Source: Gammaproteobacteria bacterium (lineage in GTDB: Bacteria; Pseudomonadota; Gammaproteobacteria; SZUA-140). From it: a stretch of DNA of 64,000 nt. The translations under genes and the position numbers were made by a program. The stretch lies in NCBI GenBank assembly GCA_016124415.1, contig WGNS01000045.1:2013-66012 (forward strand), written 5' to 3'. The notes under the pieces were generated by a model. It did no database searches and was not told the origin of the DNA. It saw only the letters and a program-made list of their open reading frames with translations. Shown here one piece after another: positions 27,428 to 38,151 of the stretch (position 1 is the stretch's first letter; each line of letters starts with the position of its first letter).

Positions 27428-28675
27428 ATGCTGCGCCCACTCGAATTCGCAATCGGTTTACGGTATACGCGGGCCAAACGCCGTAACCACTTCATCTCCT
27501 TCATCTCACTGGCCTCCATGCTCGGCATCACGATCGGCGTCATGGCGCTGATCACGGTCCTGTCCGTCATGAACGGCTTCGAGAAGGAGCTTCGGGCGCG
27601 CATCCTGGGTGTGGTTGCCCACGCCACGGTTTCCGGGCCGGGTAACCTGCTGGCGGGTTGGCCCGACGTCGCCAAGACGCTGCGCGATATCGACGGCGTG
27701 GCCGGCGTCGCACCCTACATCCAGGGTCAAGCCATGATGGTCAACGGCAAGCACGTCTCCGGCGGAATCATCCGCGGCGTGCTGCCGAACCTGGAAGGTG
27801 AGGTCTCCAATGTCGGCGAGAAGATGGTCAAGGGCAGCCTCGACGAGCTGCGCGCCGGAGATTTCTCGATCATCCTCGGCCGCGAACTCGCCGCCGCGCT
27901 GCGGGTCGGCGTCGGCGACAAGGTCATGCTCATTATCCCTCAGACCACGGTGACGCCGGTCGGGACCTTGCCGCGCCTGCGACGCTTTACGGTCACCGGT
28001 ATCTTCGAAGTCGGCATGTACGAATATGACAGCGCGCTCGCGATCGTTCACATTGCCGACGCGGCGCGCCTCTACCAAACGAACGACGCCGTTTCCGGAC
28101 TTCGTCTGCGCCTGACGGATTTGTTCGCCGCGCCGCGCATCGCCGCCGAGATCCGCAATACGCTCCCGTTCGGACATCGGGTCATGGACTGGACGCAGCA
28201 GCACGCCAATTTCTTCCGCGCCGTGCGCATGGAGAAGATGGTCATGTCCATCATCCTGTTCCTGATCGTCTCGGTCGCGGCCTTCAATCTGGTCTCGACG
28301 CTGGTCATGATGGTCACGGACAAGCAGGGCGACGTCGCCATCCTGCGCACGATGGGCGTGAGCCCCGGGAGCATCATGGCCATCTTCGTGGTTCAGGGCG
28401 CCATCATCGGTCTCGTCGGTACGCTCGCGGGCGTGTTTTTCGGGGTTGCGCTGGCCACACATATCGATACCGTGGTGCCGGCCATCGAGCAGTTCTTCGG
28501 CGTGCACTTCCTGGCCGCAGACGTCTATTACATCAGCGAGTTGCCATCGGACATGCGCTGGGAGGACGTGACCGGGATCGCCGGGATCACCTTTGCGCTC
28601 TGTCTGTTGGCGACGCTCTATCCGGCCTGGCGCGCCGCCGGTACCCATCCCGCAGAGGCATTGCGCTATGAGTGA
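27428..28675 (+). CDS. Lipoprotein-releasing system permease (LolC/LolE/LolF type)
   Basis: [38 protein letters not shown], FtsX-type C-terminus, 415 aa. It is the only permease gene next to lolD. Confidence 0.88.
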   Translation: MLRPLEFAIGLRYTRAKRRNHFISFISLASMLGITIGVMALITVLSVMNGFEKELRARILGVVAHATVSGPGNLLAGWPDVAKTLRDIDGVAGVAPYIQGQAMMVNGKHVSGGIIRGVLPNLEGEVSNVGEKMVKGSLDELRAGDFSIILGRELAAALRVGVGDKVMLIIPQTTVTPVGTLPRLRRFTVTGIFEVGMYEYDSALAIVHIADAARLYQTNDAVSGLRLRLTDLFAAPRIAAEIRNTLPFGHRVMDWTQQHANFFRAVRMEKMVMSIILFLIVSVAAFNLVSTLVMMVTDKQGDVAILRTMGVSPGSIMAIFVVQGAIIGLVGTLAGVFFGVALATHIDTVVPAIEQFFGVHFLAADVYYISELPSDMRWEDVTGIAGITFALCLLATLYPAWRAAGTHPAEALRYE

Positions 28676-29351
28676 CGGGACGATCGTAAAGGCCAAGGGG
28701 CTCGGCAAGCGTTTCGGTCACGGCGACCTGGCCGTGGACGTGTTTCGCGACATCGATCTCACGATCGCCAAGGGCGAGCGGATCGCGATCATCGGTAGTT
28801 CCGGCGCAGGTAAGAGTACTCTGCTGCATCTGCTCGGCGGGCTCGACCAGCCTTCGAGCGGCGAAGTCTGGGTGGCCGGGGAACGCATGAGCGATCTGAG
28901 TCAGCGCGCCCGCGGCCGGCTGCGAAACCGCGTCCTGGGATTCGTTTATCAGTTTCATCATCTGCTGCCGGAGTTCACGGTCCTCGAGAACGTCGCGATG
29001 CCGCTGTTGATCAGGGGCACCGACGAGCGGGAGGCCAATGACAGGGCCCGGAAGCTGCTTACCGAGGTCGGCCTTCAGGCGAGACTGCGTCACAAACCCG
29101 GCGAGTTGTCCGGCGGAGAGCGCCAGCGCGCGGCGGTTGCCCGGGCGCTGGTCGGGCGACCCGCCTGCATCATGGCCGACGAACCGACGGGCAATCTCGA
29201 TCATCGCAACGCGGGAGATGTCTTCGATCTCATGATGTCGCTGAATGCCGAGCAGGGCAGCAGCCTTGTGATCGTGACCCACGAGCGTTCCCTGGCGGAG
29301 CAGATGGATCGCATCCTGGTGCTCGAAAACGGCCGTCTGATCGAGGGATAG
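28668..29351 (+). CDS. lolD: Lipoprotein-releasing system ATPase LolD
   Basis: [27 protein letters not shown] and [12 protein letters not shown] 28668 overlaps the lolC stop. Confidence 0.9.
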   Translation: MSDGTIVKAKGLGKRFGHGDLAVDVFRDIDLTIAKGERIAIIGSSGAGKSTLLHLLGGLDQPSSGEVWVAGERMSDLSQRARGRLRNRVLGFVYQFHHLLPEFTVLENVAMPLLIRGTDEREANDRARKLLTEVGLQARLRHKPGELSGGERQRAAVARALVGRPACIMADEPTGNLDHRNAGDVFDLMMSLNAEQGSSLVIVTHERSLAEQMDRILVLENGRLIEG

Positions 29352-29405
29352 TTCGGAGCCCGAGGGCTGTGATAGCCTGAGTCCCATCCAAATAAGGAGA
29401 ACGTC

Positions 29406-29789
29406 ATGAACCGAGAAATCATTGCAACCGACGACGCCCCCAAGGCCATCGGGACTTACTCCCAGGCGGTCCGTGTCGGCGATACCGTTTACCTGTCCGG
29501 ACAGATCCCGCTCGATCCCGCTACGATGGAGATGGTCTCCGACGACATGGAGGCGCAGGTCACGCGGGTGTTCGAGAACCTCAAAGCGGTCTGCCGGGCC
29601 GCGGGCGGCGACCTGTCGAACATCGTCAAGCTCAATATCTTCATGACCGATCTCGCCCATTTCGCCCTCGTCAACGAGGTCATGGCGCGTTATTTCGTGC
29701 AGCCCTATCCCGCGCGCGCCGCCGTGCAGGTTTCGGCCCTGCCGAGAGGGGCGCGCATCGAGATGGACGCCGTTATGGTGGGAGGATAG
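29406..29789 (+). CDS. ridA: RidA/YjgF-family enamine/imine deaminase
   Basis: [26 protein letters not shown]...[22 protein letters not shown], 127 aa. Confidence 0.9.
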   Translation: MNREIIATDDAPKAIGTYSQAVRVGDTVYLSGQIPLDPATMEMVSDDMEAQVTRVFENLKAVCRAAGGDLSNIVKLNIFMTDLAHFALVNEVMARYFVQPYPARAAVQVSALPRGARIEMDAVMVGG

Positions 29790-29832
29790 GGCGCCCCGAT
29801 CTTTCGCATCGGGGGAGTCCTTACGCCAACCC

Positions 29833-31923
29833 GTGCCTGACGCCATAGAGTCGGTCATCCAGGCCCCGGGACTCGCGTCGTTGCGCGGCGTAGGGCCGCG
29901 GCTCGAAGAGCGGCTTGCCCGCATGGGCTTGATCACCATCTCGGATCTGCTGCTGCATCTACCCCTGCGCTATCAGGACCGTTGTCGTCTCGCGGAACGC
30001 GGAGCGTTGTTGGATAGCGCCGAGGTATTGATTCGCGGTCGTGTCTGCCAGGCCCAGCCCGGCGTCGGCAGGCGCCGCGCCCTGGTCGCCGTGATCGAGT
30101 GCGACGGGTTCCTGTTGACGCTGCGCTTCTTTCATTACCACCCTGGACTGACGGCGCGCCTGACCGTCGGCACCCATGTTCAGTGTTTCGGTCAGGTGCG
30201 CCTCTCTCTATCGGGTTTCGAGATGGTCCACCCTGAATTCGAGTGCTTCGATCCTGCCGATCCGCCCGTGCTGGCCGATCATCTGACCCCTGTCTATCCA
30301 AGCGTCGCCGGTTTGCATCAAGCCGTCATTCGCCGCCTTGTCGACCAGGCGATCGCCTGGATCGGCGGGAAGGCCGATGACGAGTTGCCGTCGGCGCTGT
30401 TCGGCGATCCGGACTGGCCCGGCTTCGTCGAGGCCGTGAAACTGTTGCATCATCCGCCCGCCGGGAGTCGCGCCGAGGCATTGTTGAGCGACACTCATCC
30501 CGCACGCCTGCGTCTGGCCTGCGAGGAACTCGTCGCGCATCAGTTGGCCTGCCGCCGTCTGCGGCGCCGGGCGGCGATTTGGACCGCGCCCGCGATCCGG
30601 GGCGGACACGCACTCTGGGATCGTTTCGCCGAAGGGCTGTCGTTCGCACTGACCGGGGCGCAACAGCGGGTCATCGAAGAGATCAAGGATGATCTCGCAA
30701 AGGAACAGCCCATGCACCGGCTCGTGCAGGGCGACGTGGGATCGGGGAAGACCGTGGTTGCGGCGGCCGCCGTCGTGCACGCAGTATCCAGCGGTTATCA
30801 GGTGGCCATCATGGCGCCGACCGAGTTGCTCGCCGAGCAGCACCTGCGCAACTTCCGCCATTGGCTGGAACCGCTCGGTATCGAGGTGGGTTGGCTGTCG
30901 GGCCGGGTGACCGCAAAGCAGCGTACGGCGGTCGCGGATGTCCTGGCGGACGGTTCCCTGCCGGTCTTGGTCGGGACCCACGCCTTGTTCCAGGAAGGTC
31001 TCACGTTCGCCAGGCTCGGGCTCGTCGTCATCGATGAACAACATCGTTTCGGCGTCCAGCAGCGTCTTTCCCTGCTGGAGAAGGGACGTGATTGCGGTAC
31101 GAGTCCGCACCTGTTGATCATGACCGCGACGCCGATCCCACGCACGCTCATGATGACGGCTTATGCGGATCTCGATTGTTCGGTCATCGACGAACTGCCG
31201 CCCGGTAGAAAACCCGTGGAGACAGTGGTACTGTCCGTAGCGCGCCGCGACGAGATCCTCGCCCGCGTGCGCAACGCCTGCGTCGGAGGGAGGCAAGTCT
31301 ATTGGGTCTGCACGCTGATCGAGGCCAACGAGCTGCTACAATGCCAGGCGGCCGAGGACAGCGCAAAGGAGCTGACCGCCGCCTTGCCGAAGCTTCGCGT
31401 CGGGCTTATCCACGGTCGGCTCAAAGGCGACGAGAAGGCCGCCGTCATGGCGGATTTCCGGGCCGGCGAGATCGACGTCCTGGTCGCGACGACGGTGATC
31501 GAGGTGGGCGTCGACGTGCCCAATGCCAGCGTCATGATTATCGAGAACGCCGAACGGCTCGGTCTTTCGCAACTGCATCAGCTGCGCGGGCGGATCGGGC
31601 GCGGCGACGCGCGCGGCGTTTGCGTGCTGCTCTATCAACCGCCCTTGTCCGAGCAGGGCCGCGAACGGCTCGCGGCGATGCGCGAGACCCATGACGGTTT
31701 CGAGATCGCCCGCAGAGACCTCGAGCTGCGCGGTCCCGGCGAGCTGTTGGGCAAGCGCCAGGCGGGCTACGTGCGCTTCAAGGTCGCCGACTTGGTCCGC
31801 GACCAGGGCATGATCCGGCACGCGAGCCGGATCGCCGGCGAGGTCGAGGGGCATCATGAGGACCGAATACCGTCGCTGCTGGGCCGTTGGCTGGGCGACG
31901 CCCTACAATATCGCGCCATATGA
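29833..31923 (+). CDS. recG: ATP-dependent DNA helicase RecG
   Basis: RLVQGDVGSGKTVVA (Walker A), VIDEQHRFG (DEQH) and QLHQLRGRIGRG, 696 aa. Confidence 0.93.
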   Translation: MPDAIESVIQAPGLASLRGVGPRLEERLARMGLITISDLLLHLPLRYQDRCRLAERGALLDSAEVLIRGRVCQAQPGVGRRRALVAVIECDGFLLTLRFFHYHPGLTARLTVGTHVQCFGQVRLSLSGFEMVHPEFECFDPADPPVLADHLTPVYPSVAGLHQAVIRRLVDQAIAWIGGKADDELPSALFGDPDWPGFVEAVKLLHHPPAGSRAEALLSDTHPARLRLACEELVAHQLACRRLRRRAAIWTAPAIRGGHALWDRFAEGLSFALTGAQQRVIEEIKDDLAKEQPMHRLVQGDVGSGKTVVAAAAVVHAVSSGYQVAIMAPTELLAEQHLRNFRHWLEPLGIEVGWLSGRVTAKQRTAVADVLADGSLPVLVGTHALFQEGLTFARLGLVVIDEQHRFGVQQRLSLLEKGRDCGTSPHLLIMTATPIPRTLMMTAYADLDCSVIDELPPGRKPVETVVLSVARRDEILARVRNACVGGRQVYWVCTLIEANELLQCQAAEDSAKELTAALPKLRVGLIHGRLKGDEKAAVMADFRAGEIDVLVATTVIEVGVDVPNASVMIIENAERLGLSQLHQLRGRIGRGDARGVCVLLYQPPLSEQGRERLAAMRETHDGFEIARRDLELRGPGELLGKRQAGYVRFKVADLVRDQGMIRHASRIAGEVEGHHEDRIPSLLGRWLGDALQYRAI

Positions 31924-32552
31924 GGCCCTTGGCCTCAGGCGAACTCATTGGGTTGGAAGTGACTGGAAACACGACATTGTTGGCGGAGCGCGACGATAAC
32001 GCGGACCTTTCGTTCGAACGGGTGGCCATGCCTTCGCTCGCGGCGGAACGTGCCGACTGGCTGCTGGACGAATCGTCGCTGACCCGCCGCTTGCGCGCGC
32101 AAGCCGGGGGCGATTTTCGCGTACGCGTGCTGGGACAGGGGCGGCGCCGTCTGCTGCCGGAGGAGTGCGATCTGCTGAAGATTCCGCGGCGCGAGAACGC
32201 CATCGTGCGCGAGGTGCTGCTGTGTTGCCGGGGGCGCCCCTGGGTGTTCGCGCGGACCGTCATCCCGCTGGCGACCGTGCGCGGCCCACAGTGGCGGCTG
32301 ACCCGTTTGCGCAGTCGTCCCTTGGGCGAAGCGCTGTTTACCGATCGCAGGGTCACGAGGGGCGCCTTGACGCCGGTCCACGTCCTGCCCGGGCAGCGCC
32401 TGCATCGCATCGTGGGTCCGGCGAGCGAAAACCAAGCCCTGTGGGGGCGGCGTTCCCTGTTTTGGTATCCCGGCAACAAACCGCTGCTCGTCACTGAGCT
32501 TTTCCTGCCTCAGATGTGGCGTGCGTTGGCGGAGGTTCGGCGTGGCGACTGA
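31920..32552 (+). CDS. ubiC: Chorismate pyruvate-lyase UbiC
   Basis: [12 protein letters not shown]...[20 protein letters not shown]...LGEALF...[22 protein letters not shown]. The start is uncertain: ATG 31920 is coupled to the recG stop, and ATG 32028 is the alternative. Confidence 0.8.
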   Translation: MRPLASGELIGLEVTGNTTLLAERDDNADLSFERVAMPSLAAERADWLLDESSLTRRLRAQAGGDFRVRVLGQGRRRLLPEECDLLKIPRRENAIVREVLLCCRGRPWVFARTVIPLATVRGPQWRLTRLRSRPLGEALFTDRRVTRGALTPVHVLPGQRLHRIVGPASENQALWGRRSLFWYPGNKPLLVTELFLPQMWRALAEVRRGD

Positions 32553-33417
32553 GTCCGTCGCGACGCCCCGGCCCGCGTTGAGGGATTGGCTCCAGCTGAC
32601 GCGGCTGCATCGGCCGATCGGGATCTTCCTGCTGCTTTGGCCGACGCTGTGGTCGCTCTGGATCGCCTCCGAGGGACATCCCGATTGGCATGTCTTTGCC
32701 GTCATGGTGCTCGGCGTGGTCCTCATGCGCTCGGCCGGCTGCGTCATCAACGACTATGCCGATCGCGATTTCGACCCCCACGTCGCGCGCACCGTCGATC
32801 GTCCCATCGCCGCCGGGCGGATCAGCCCCAAGCAGGCGCTCCTGTTCTTCGCGGCGCTTTGCCTGATCGCCTTCGGCCTCGTGCTGACGCTGAATCTCCT
32901 GACGATCGGGCTGTCGTTCGCGGGTCTTTTGCTGGCGGTGATCTATCCCTTCATGAAGCGGTATACCTATTTGCCGCAGGTCTTCCTGGGCGCCGCTTTC
33001 GGCTGGGCGATCCCCATGGCCTACGCCGCGCAGACGGGGACCGTGCCGAACGTCGCCTGGCTGTTGTTCATCGGCAACGTGCTTTGGTCGACGGCGTACG
33101 ACACCATGTATGCAATGACCGATCGCGAGGACGATCTGCGCGTCGGGGTCAAATCGACGGCCATTTTGTTCGGCGACGCCGATCGCACGATCATCGGCAT
33201 CATTCAGGCACTGGTGCTCATCGATCTCGCCGTCGTCGGCCATCAGGCCGGCTTATGGGGCGGGTATTTCGTCGGTCTGCTATTGGCGGCCGGCCTCATG
33301 GCTTATCAGCAGTATCTGATCCGCGACCGGGTGCCGGAGGCCTGCTTTCAGGCCTTCCTGAATAACAACTGGTTCGGTGCGGTGGTGTTCTTCGCCATCG
33401 CGTTGGGTTACATTTAA
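32521..33417 (+). CDS. ubiA: 4-hydroxybenzoate polyprenyltransferase UbiA
   Basis: [19 protein letters not shown] and [13 protein letters not shown] (prenyltransferase Asp-rich motif), 298 aa. Confidence 0.92.
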   Translation: MRWRRFGVATESVATPRPALRDWLQLTRLHRPIGIFLLLWPTLWSLWIASEGHPDWHVFAVMVLGVVLMRSAGCVINDYADRDFDPHVARTVDRPIAAGRISPKQALLFFAALCLIAFGLVLTLNLLTIGLSFAGLLLAVIYPFMKRYTYLPQVFLGAAFGWAIPMAYAAQTGTVPNVAWLLFIGNVLWSTAYDTMYAMTDREDDLRVGVKSTAILFGDADRTIIGIIQALVLIDLAVVGHQAGLWGGYFVGLLLAAGLMAYQQYLIRDRVPEACFQAFLNNNWFGAVVFFAIALGYI

Positions 33418-33528
33418 ACGCTTTGGCCCGGCGGCGCGGGTGCGACCCCGGCCGTTTGGTATTGAGACAGAATCTTACGGTATGGCGGCGGATATCGCGT
33501 TACCGCAAATAATGCAGGAAAAAAACAC

Positions 33529-34515
33529 ATGTTAATCGCTTCGCTGGCGGTCATAGCGGGTTTTGCCTTCCTCGCCTGGGGGGCCGACCGATTCGTCGAG
33601 GGCTCGTCGGGGATCGCCCGCTGCCTTGGCGTTTCGCCGCTGATCATCGGATTGACCATCGTCGGTTTCGGCACCTCCGCGCCCGAGTTGCTCGTATCGG
33701 GCATCGCGGCGTGGGACGGGCGTGCCGCGCTGGCGGTCGGCAACGCCATTGGTTCCAACATCACGAACATCTCCCTGGTACTCGGCATCACGGCGCTCGT
33801 GCAGCCGCTCGTCGTGGGCTCGGGCATTCTGAGGCGCGAACTTCCGGTACTGCTGCTGATCATGGTCTTTGCGCTCGGGCTCGTCTTCGACGGTTTCCTG
33901 AGCCGGACCGACGGCCTGATCCTGGTCTTAGGCCTGTTCGCCATGATCGCCTGGATCGTCTGGCTGGGCGTGCAGGGACGCGGCAGTCACGACGCCATCG
34001 AGGACGAGTTCGCCGAGGAGATCGAGGAAACGCCCTCGATCAGTCTCGGCAAGGCCGGCCTGTTGGCGTTGGGCGGGCTCGTGCTCATGTTCGTGAGCTC
34101 GCGCGTGCTCGTCTGGGGCGCCGTCGAAATCGCTACCTATTTCGGCATGAGCGAGCTCGTGATCGGCCTGACGGTCATCGCTTTGGGCACGAGCCTGCCC
34201 GAGCTCGCCGCCAGCGTGGTCAGTGCCATGAAGAACGAACACGATATCGCGCTCGGCAACGTCATCGGCTCGAACATGTTCAATCTGCTCGGGGTCATGG
34301 CGCTGCCCGGTCTGATCTCGCCGGGGCCGCTGGCCGACGGTATCCTATCCCGCGACTATCCGGTCATGCTGGCGTTGACCGTTGCGCTCATCCTCATGGC
34401 CTACGGCTTGCACGGCAAAGGCCGGGTCACGCGGCTCGAGGGCGGATTTTTGGTGATGACGTATATCGCCTATATGTATTGGCTGTATCTGACGAGCGGC
34501 ACGGGAGGTTCATGA
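33529..34515 (+). CDS. yrbG: Ca2+/Na+ antiporter, CaCA family (YrbG)
   Basis: Two alpha-repeats: GLTIVGFGTSAPELLVS and GLTVIALGTSLPELAAS. 328 aa. Confidence 0.88.
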   Translation: MLIASLAVIAGFAFLAWGADRFVEGSSGIARCLGVSPLIIGLTIVGFGTSAPELLVSGIAAWDGRAALAVGNAIGSNITNISLVLGITALVQPLVVGSGILRRELPVLLLIMVFALGLVFDGFLSRTDGLILVLGLFAMIAWIVWLGVQGRGSHDAIEDEFAEEIEETPSISLGKAGLLALGGLVLMFVSSRVLVWGAVEIATYFGMSELVIGLTVIALGTSLPELAASVVSAMKNEHDIALGNVIGSNMFNLLGVMALPGLISPGPLADGILSRDYPVMLALTVALILMAYGLHGKGRVTRLEGGFLVMTYIAYMYWLYLTSGTGGS

Positions 34516-35522
34516 TGCCCAAGAATCGAAAGGAGAGCATGGCGGATCAGGACGAAAACACACGTCTGTGCGAACTCGGGCGCGCGGTCGTCGACCTCGA
34601 GATGAAGGCCATCGCGGATGCGCGAGCCTGTATCGACGAGCGTTTCGCCGAGGCCTGCAATTACATGCTGAATTGCAAGGGGCGGGTGGTCGTGCTCGGT
34701 ATGGGGAAGTCCGGCCATATCGGCGGCAAGATCGCGGCCACGCTGGCCAGTACGGGAACGCCGTCGTTCTTCGTCCATCCCGGCGAGGCGAGTCACGGCG
34801 ACCTCGGCATGATCGTCGCCAGCGACGTCGTCATGGCGATCTCGAATTCCGGCGAGACCGAGGAACTGTTGACCATCCTGCCGTTGATCAAGCGCCTTGG
34901 CGTGCCGCTGATCACGCTGACCGGCAATCCCCGTTCGACATTGGCCCGTTCGGCCACGGTCAATCTCGACGTCGGTGTCGAACAGGAGGCCTGTCCGCTG
35001 GGGTTGGCGCCGACATCGAGCACCACCGTGACGCTCGTGATCGGCGACGCGCTCGCGATCGCGCTGCTCGAGGCCAGGGGCTTCACGGCCGACGACTTCG
35101 CCCGCTCGCATCCGGGCGGGCGGCTCGGTCGCCGCCTGCTGTTGCTGATACGCGACGTCATGCACACGGGGGATCGTATCCCCAAGGTTTCCATGACGGC
35201 CTCGTTGCGCGACACGCTGCTCGAGATGACTGCGAAGGGATTGGGCATCACGACCGTCGTCGACGAAGGCGGTCGCTTGCAGGGGGTCTTCACGGACGGC
35301 GATCTGCGTCGCATGCTCGACGCCCGGGTCGATGTCCACGACGGACGGATCGCCGACGTCATGGTCCGTAATTGCAAGACGGTTTCCGACGATATGTTGG
35401 CCGCGGAGGCGCTGCAGATCATGGAGCGTCACAAGGTCAACGCTCTGCCCGTACTCGATCGGGACGGTCAGCTCGTCGGCGTGCTGAACATGCATGATCT
35501 GCTGCGCGCGGGCGTGGTATAG
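34512..35522 (+). CDS. kdsD: Arabinose-5-phosphate isomerase KdsD
   Basis: VVVLGMGKSGHIGGKIAATLASTGTPSFFVHPGEASHGDLGM (SIS domain) plus tandem CBS domains. ATG 34512 follows GGGAGG, and ATG 34539 is an alternative. The 603-aa track ORF is chimeric. Confidence 0.9.
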   Translation: MMPKNRKESMADQDENTRLCELGRAVVDLEMKAIADARACIDERFAEACNYMLNCKGRVVVLGMGKSGHIGGKIAATLASTGTPSFFVHPGEASHGDLGMIVASDVVMAISNSGETEELLTILPLIKRLGVPLITLTGNPRSTLARSATVNLDVGVEQEACPLGLAPTSSTTVTLVIGDALAIALLEARGFTADDFARSHPGGRLGRRLLLLIRDVMHTGDRIPKVSMTASLRDTLLEMTAKGLGITTVVDEGGRLQGVFTDGDLRRMLDARVDVHDGRIADVMVRNCKTVSDDMLAAEALQIMERHKVNALPVLDRDGQLVGVLNMHDLLRAGVV

Positions 35523-35560
35523 CGTTTCGAGAGCTGAACGAGAGCGCCGGGAGGGGCAAG

Positions 35561-36109
35561 ATGGGGGACGAGAAAATATCCGGGGAATTGTTGGCGCGCG
35601 CCGCAGCGGTCCGCCTGGTCATCTTCGACGTCGACGGCGTCCTGACCGACGGCGGGCTCCATTTCGATCAAGAGGGCCGCGAGCATAAGGTCTTCAACTC
35701 GCGTGATGGGCACGGTATGAAGATGCTCATGGAAAGCGGCGTCGAGATCGGCATCATCACGGGACGGACCTCCGTCGCGGTCAGTCGCCGCATGGAAGGT
35801 TTGGGTGTTCGCCATCTCTATCAAGGGCAGCAGGACAAGGTCCCCGCCTACGAGGAGCTGTCGGCAAGGCTCGGTCTGAAGCCGGAGCAGGTGGCCTACG
35901 TAGGCGACGATGTCGTCGATCTGCCCATCATGTGCCGGATCGGTCTTCCGGTGGCCGTGGCGGATGCGCACGAGTTGGTTCGGGAAACGGCTGCGTGGAC
36001 GACGCCCAATCCCGGGGGGCGGGGTGCCGCGCGCGACGTCTGCGAATTGATTCTGAAGGCCGGAGGCGTGCTCGACGACCTTTGGGCTCGGTATCTCGGG
36101 AAGGCCTGA
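35561..36109 (+). CDS. kdsC: KDO-8-phosphate phosphatase KdsC
   Basis: LVIFDVDGVLTDG (HAD motif I) and VAYVGDDVVDLP, 182 aa. Confidence 0.9.
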   Translation: MGDEKISGELLARAAAVRLVIFDVDGVLTDGGLHFDQEGREHKVFNSRDGHGMKMLMESGVEIGIITGRTSVAVSRRMEGLGVRHLYQGQQDKVPAYEELSARLGLKPEQVAYVGDDVVDLPIMCRIGLPVAVADAHELVRETAAWTTPNPGGRGAARDVCELILKAGGVLDDLWARYLGKA

Positions 36110-36119
36110 CGGCACGCGC

Positions 36120-36707
36120 ATGAGGTTCCGCTGGCACCGACGCTACGGGATCGCACTCCTGATCCTGGCTTTCGTTTTGAGCTGGCGTATTTCCCGGACG
36201 TCGCAGGAAGAGGCGACGGTCAAGGTGCAGGATACTTCGGTCAGCACGGACTATTATCTGAAACGTTTCAAGGCGACGCAGGTCGATCTGACGGACCACG
36301 GACGATACACACTGACCGGCGAGGAAATGCTACACTTTGCCGGAGCCGAAGGCCTGGCGACGCTCAAACGCCCACATATCCGTTACACGAAGGAAGGTGA
36401 CGCGCCCTGGACCGCCGATGCCTTGAATGGCGTGCTGCTCGAGCAGGACCAACGGGTACGGCTTCAGGATGACGTCAGGATCGATTATACGGGCGGCGAA
36501 AAGCACGAGCGTCTGACGATATACAGCGACAATATGGAGTTTCTGATACCGGATTCGTTCGCCGAGACCCGCGATGCCGTTCGCATAGAGCAGCCCGAAG
36601 GCGAGACGCGCGCCGTCGGTCTCCAGCTCGATTTGCAGAATCGCCGTATGACGCTGATCTCGGACGTCAGGAGCCGATACCTTTTAAACGATCATGTTCA
36701 TGAATGA
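36120..36707 (+). CDS. lptC: LPS export protein LptC
   Basis: A single N-terminal transmembrane segment, a size of 195 aa, and the conserved position between kdsC and lptA. Confidence 0.75.
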   Translation: MRFRWHRRYGIALLILAFVLSWRISRTSQEEATVKVQDTSVSTDYYLKRFKATQVDLTDHGRYTLTGEEMLHFAGAEGLATLKRPHIRYTKEGDAPWTADALNGVLLEQDQRVRLQDDVRIDYTGGEKHERLTIYSDNMEFLIPDSFAETRDAVRIEQPEGETRAVGLQLDLQNRRMTLISDVRSRYLLNDHVHE

Positions 36708-36764
36708 TGCTCTAGATCCGTACCGGAGCCGGGTTTCTTCGGCCGCTCCAATGGCGCGCGCGTC

Positions 36765-37301
36765 GTGACGGGCGGTTCCGTGTTCGCGCGTTTCGCTGTG
36801 ATCAAGCGGTGGGGCATCGGCATCGCGTTCGTCGGGTTGTGCTGTCTGTCTTCCACGGCGCTGGCTTTGAAGATCGATCGTCAGGCGCCCGCCAATCTAG
36901 CCGCCGACCGAGTCGATATCGATGAGGTGAAACGCGTCAGCACCTACAGCGGGTCGGTCCATCTGTCCCAGGGCAGCCTGAATTTGTGGGCGGACGTCGT
37001 GGTCGTCCAGCGGGATGAGAGCGGCGTCCAGTTCATCGACGCCACGGGGCAGCCCGCGCGCCTCACGTTGCGTTTCGACGGCGATAAAGAGGATGCCCGT
37101 TTGCGGGCGGGCAATATTCGCTACTTCCCTTCCAGCGGCCATATCGAACTCACCGGAGACGCCTACATGTGGCGCGAGGGCGACGAGTTTTCGGGATACA
37201 GTATTACTTACGACGAAACGGACGATAAGGTCATCGCGCATAGCGACACCACCGGGAAGGGCCGGGTCAAGGCCGTTATCCAACCCCAGGCAGAGGAGTG
37301 A
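36765..37301 (+). CDS. lptA: LPS transport periplasmic protein LptA
   Basis: Signal peptide ...CCLSSTALA|L, and OstA-like sequence ([31 protein letters not shown]). GTG start; the exact start is uncertain. Confidence 0.8.
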   Translation: MTGGSVFARFAVIKRWGIGIAFVGLCCLSSTALALKIDRQAPANLAADRVDIDEVKRVSTYSGSVHLSQGSLNLWADVVVVQRDESGVQFIDATGQPARLTLRFDGDKEDARLRAGNIRYFPSSGHIELTGDAYMWREGDEFSGYSITYDETDDKVIAHSDTTGKGRVKAVIQPQAEE

Positions 37302-38047
37302 TGGCGGCGGACGAGTCAACTTCGGCATGTCTGGCCGTGCGCGAGATCTCGAAGTCCTTTCGTTCCAGGAAGGTAGTTGACCGTGTTAGTCTGACGTTGC
37401 GCGGCGGCGAGGTTGTCGGGCTTCTGGGCCCGAACGGTGCGGGCAAGACGACGACATTCTATATGATCGTAGGCTTGATTCCCTGCGACCAGGGCGTCAT
37501 CGAGGTCAATGGGCAGGACGTGACACACAAGCCGATGCACGTTCGCGCGCGCATGGGTGTTGGGTATCTGCCGCAGGAGGCTTCGGTGTTCCGGCGACTG
37601 ACCGTGGCCGAAAACGTCATGGCGATCTTGCAGACACGCAAGGATTTGGATGTGGACGCCAAGGCGCAACAGTTGGAAGAACTCCTTGACGCGCTGAAGG
37701 TTGAGCACTTGAGGGACCATCTCGGCATGAGCTTGTCCGGAGGCGAGCGGCGGCGCGTCGAGATCGCCCGGGCGTTGGCGATGCGGCCGCGATTCATCCT
37801 GCTCGATGAGCCCTTTGCCGGTGTGGATCCGATTTCCGTTTTGGAGATTCAGGGGATCATCCGATATTTGAGCGAGATCGGGATCGGGGTGTTGATCACC
37901 GACCACAATGTTCGCGAGACCTTGGGCAGCTGTCAGCATGCCTATATCGTTAACGCCGGAAAGGTTATCGCTACAGGCACGCCGGATGAAATCCTTGCGG
38001 ACCGCCAGGTCAGAGAGGTCTACCTGGGGCAACACTTCCGCTTGTGA
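37298..38047 (+). CDS. lptB: LPS export ABC ATPase LptB
   Basis: [28 protein letters not shown] and [11 protein letters not shown], 249 aa. Confidence 0.93.
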   Translation: MMAADESTSACLAVREISKSFRSRKVVDRVSLTLRGGEVVGLLGPNGAGKTTTFYMIVGLIPCDQGVIEVNGQDVTHKPMHVRARMGVGYLPQEASVFRRLTVAENVMAILQTRKDLDVDAKAQQLEELLDALKVEHLRDHLGMSLSGGERRRVEIARALAMRPRFILLDEPFAGVDPISVLEIQGIIRYLSEIGIGVLITDHNVRETLGSCQHAYIVNAGKVIATGTPDEILADRQVREVYLGQHFRL

Positions 38048-38086
38048 CGCGATCGGTATTCAAGCTTTTTTGATGGGGATACAGGA

Positions 38087-38115
38087 TTGCCCTGAGTCTG
38101 ACAGGCTCCTAGAAT
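38087..38115 (+). promoter_or_regulatory. Possible sigma70-type promoter upstream of rpoN
   Basis: TTGCCC (38087-92), 17-nt spacer, TAGAAT (38110-15). Confidence 0.35.
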
Positions 38116-38151
38116 GGGCGGCAAGTCCTACGGGAATTGATTGAACGATAG

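Noticed and set aside
33711-35522. 603-aa track ORF.
   Set aside because: It is chimeric. The first 267 codons are an Arg-rich alternative frame of yrbG. Only the portion from 34512 onward is KdsD.
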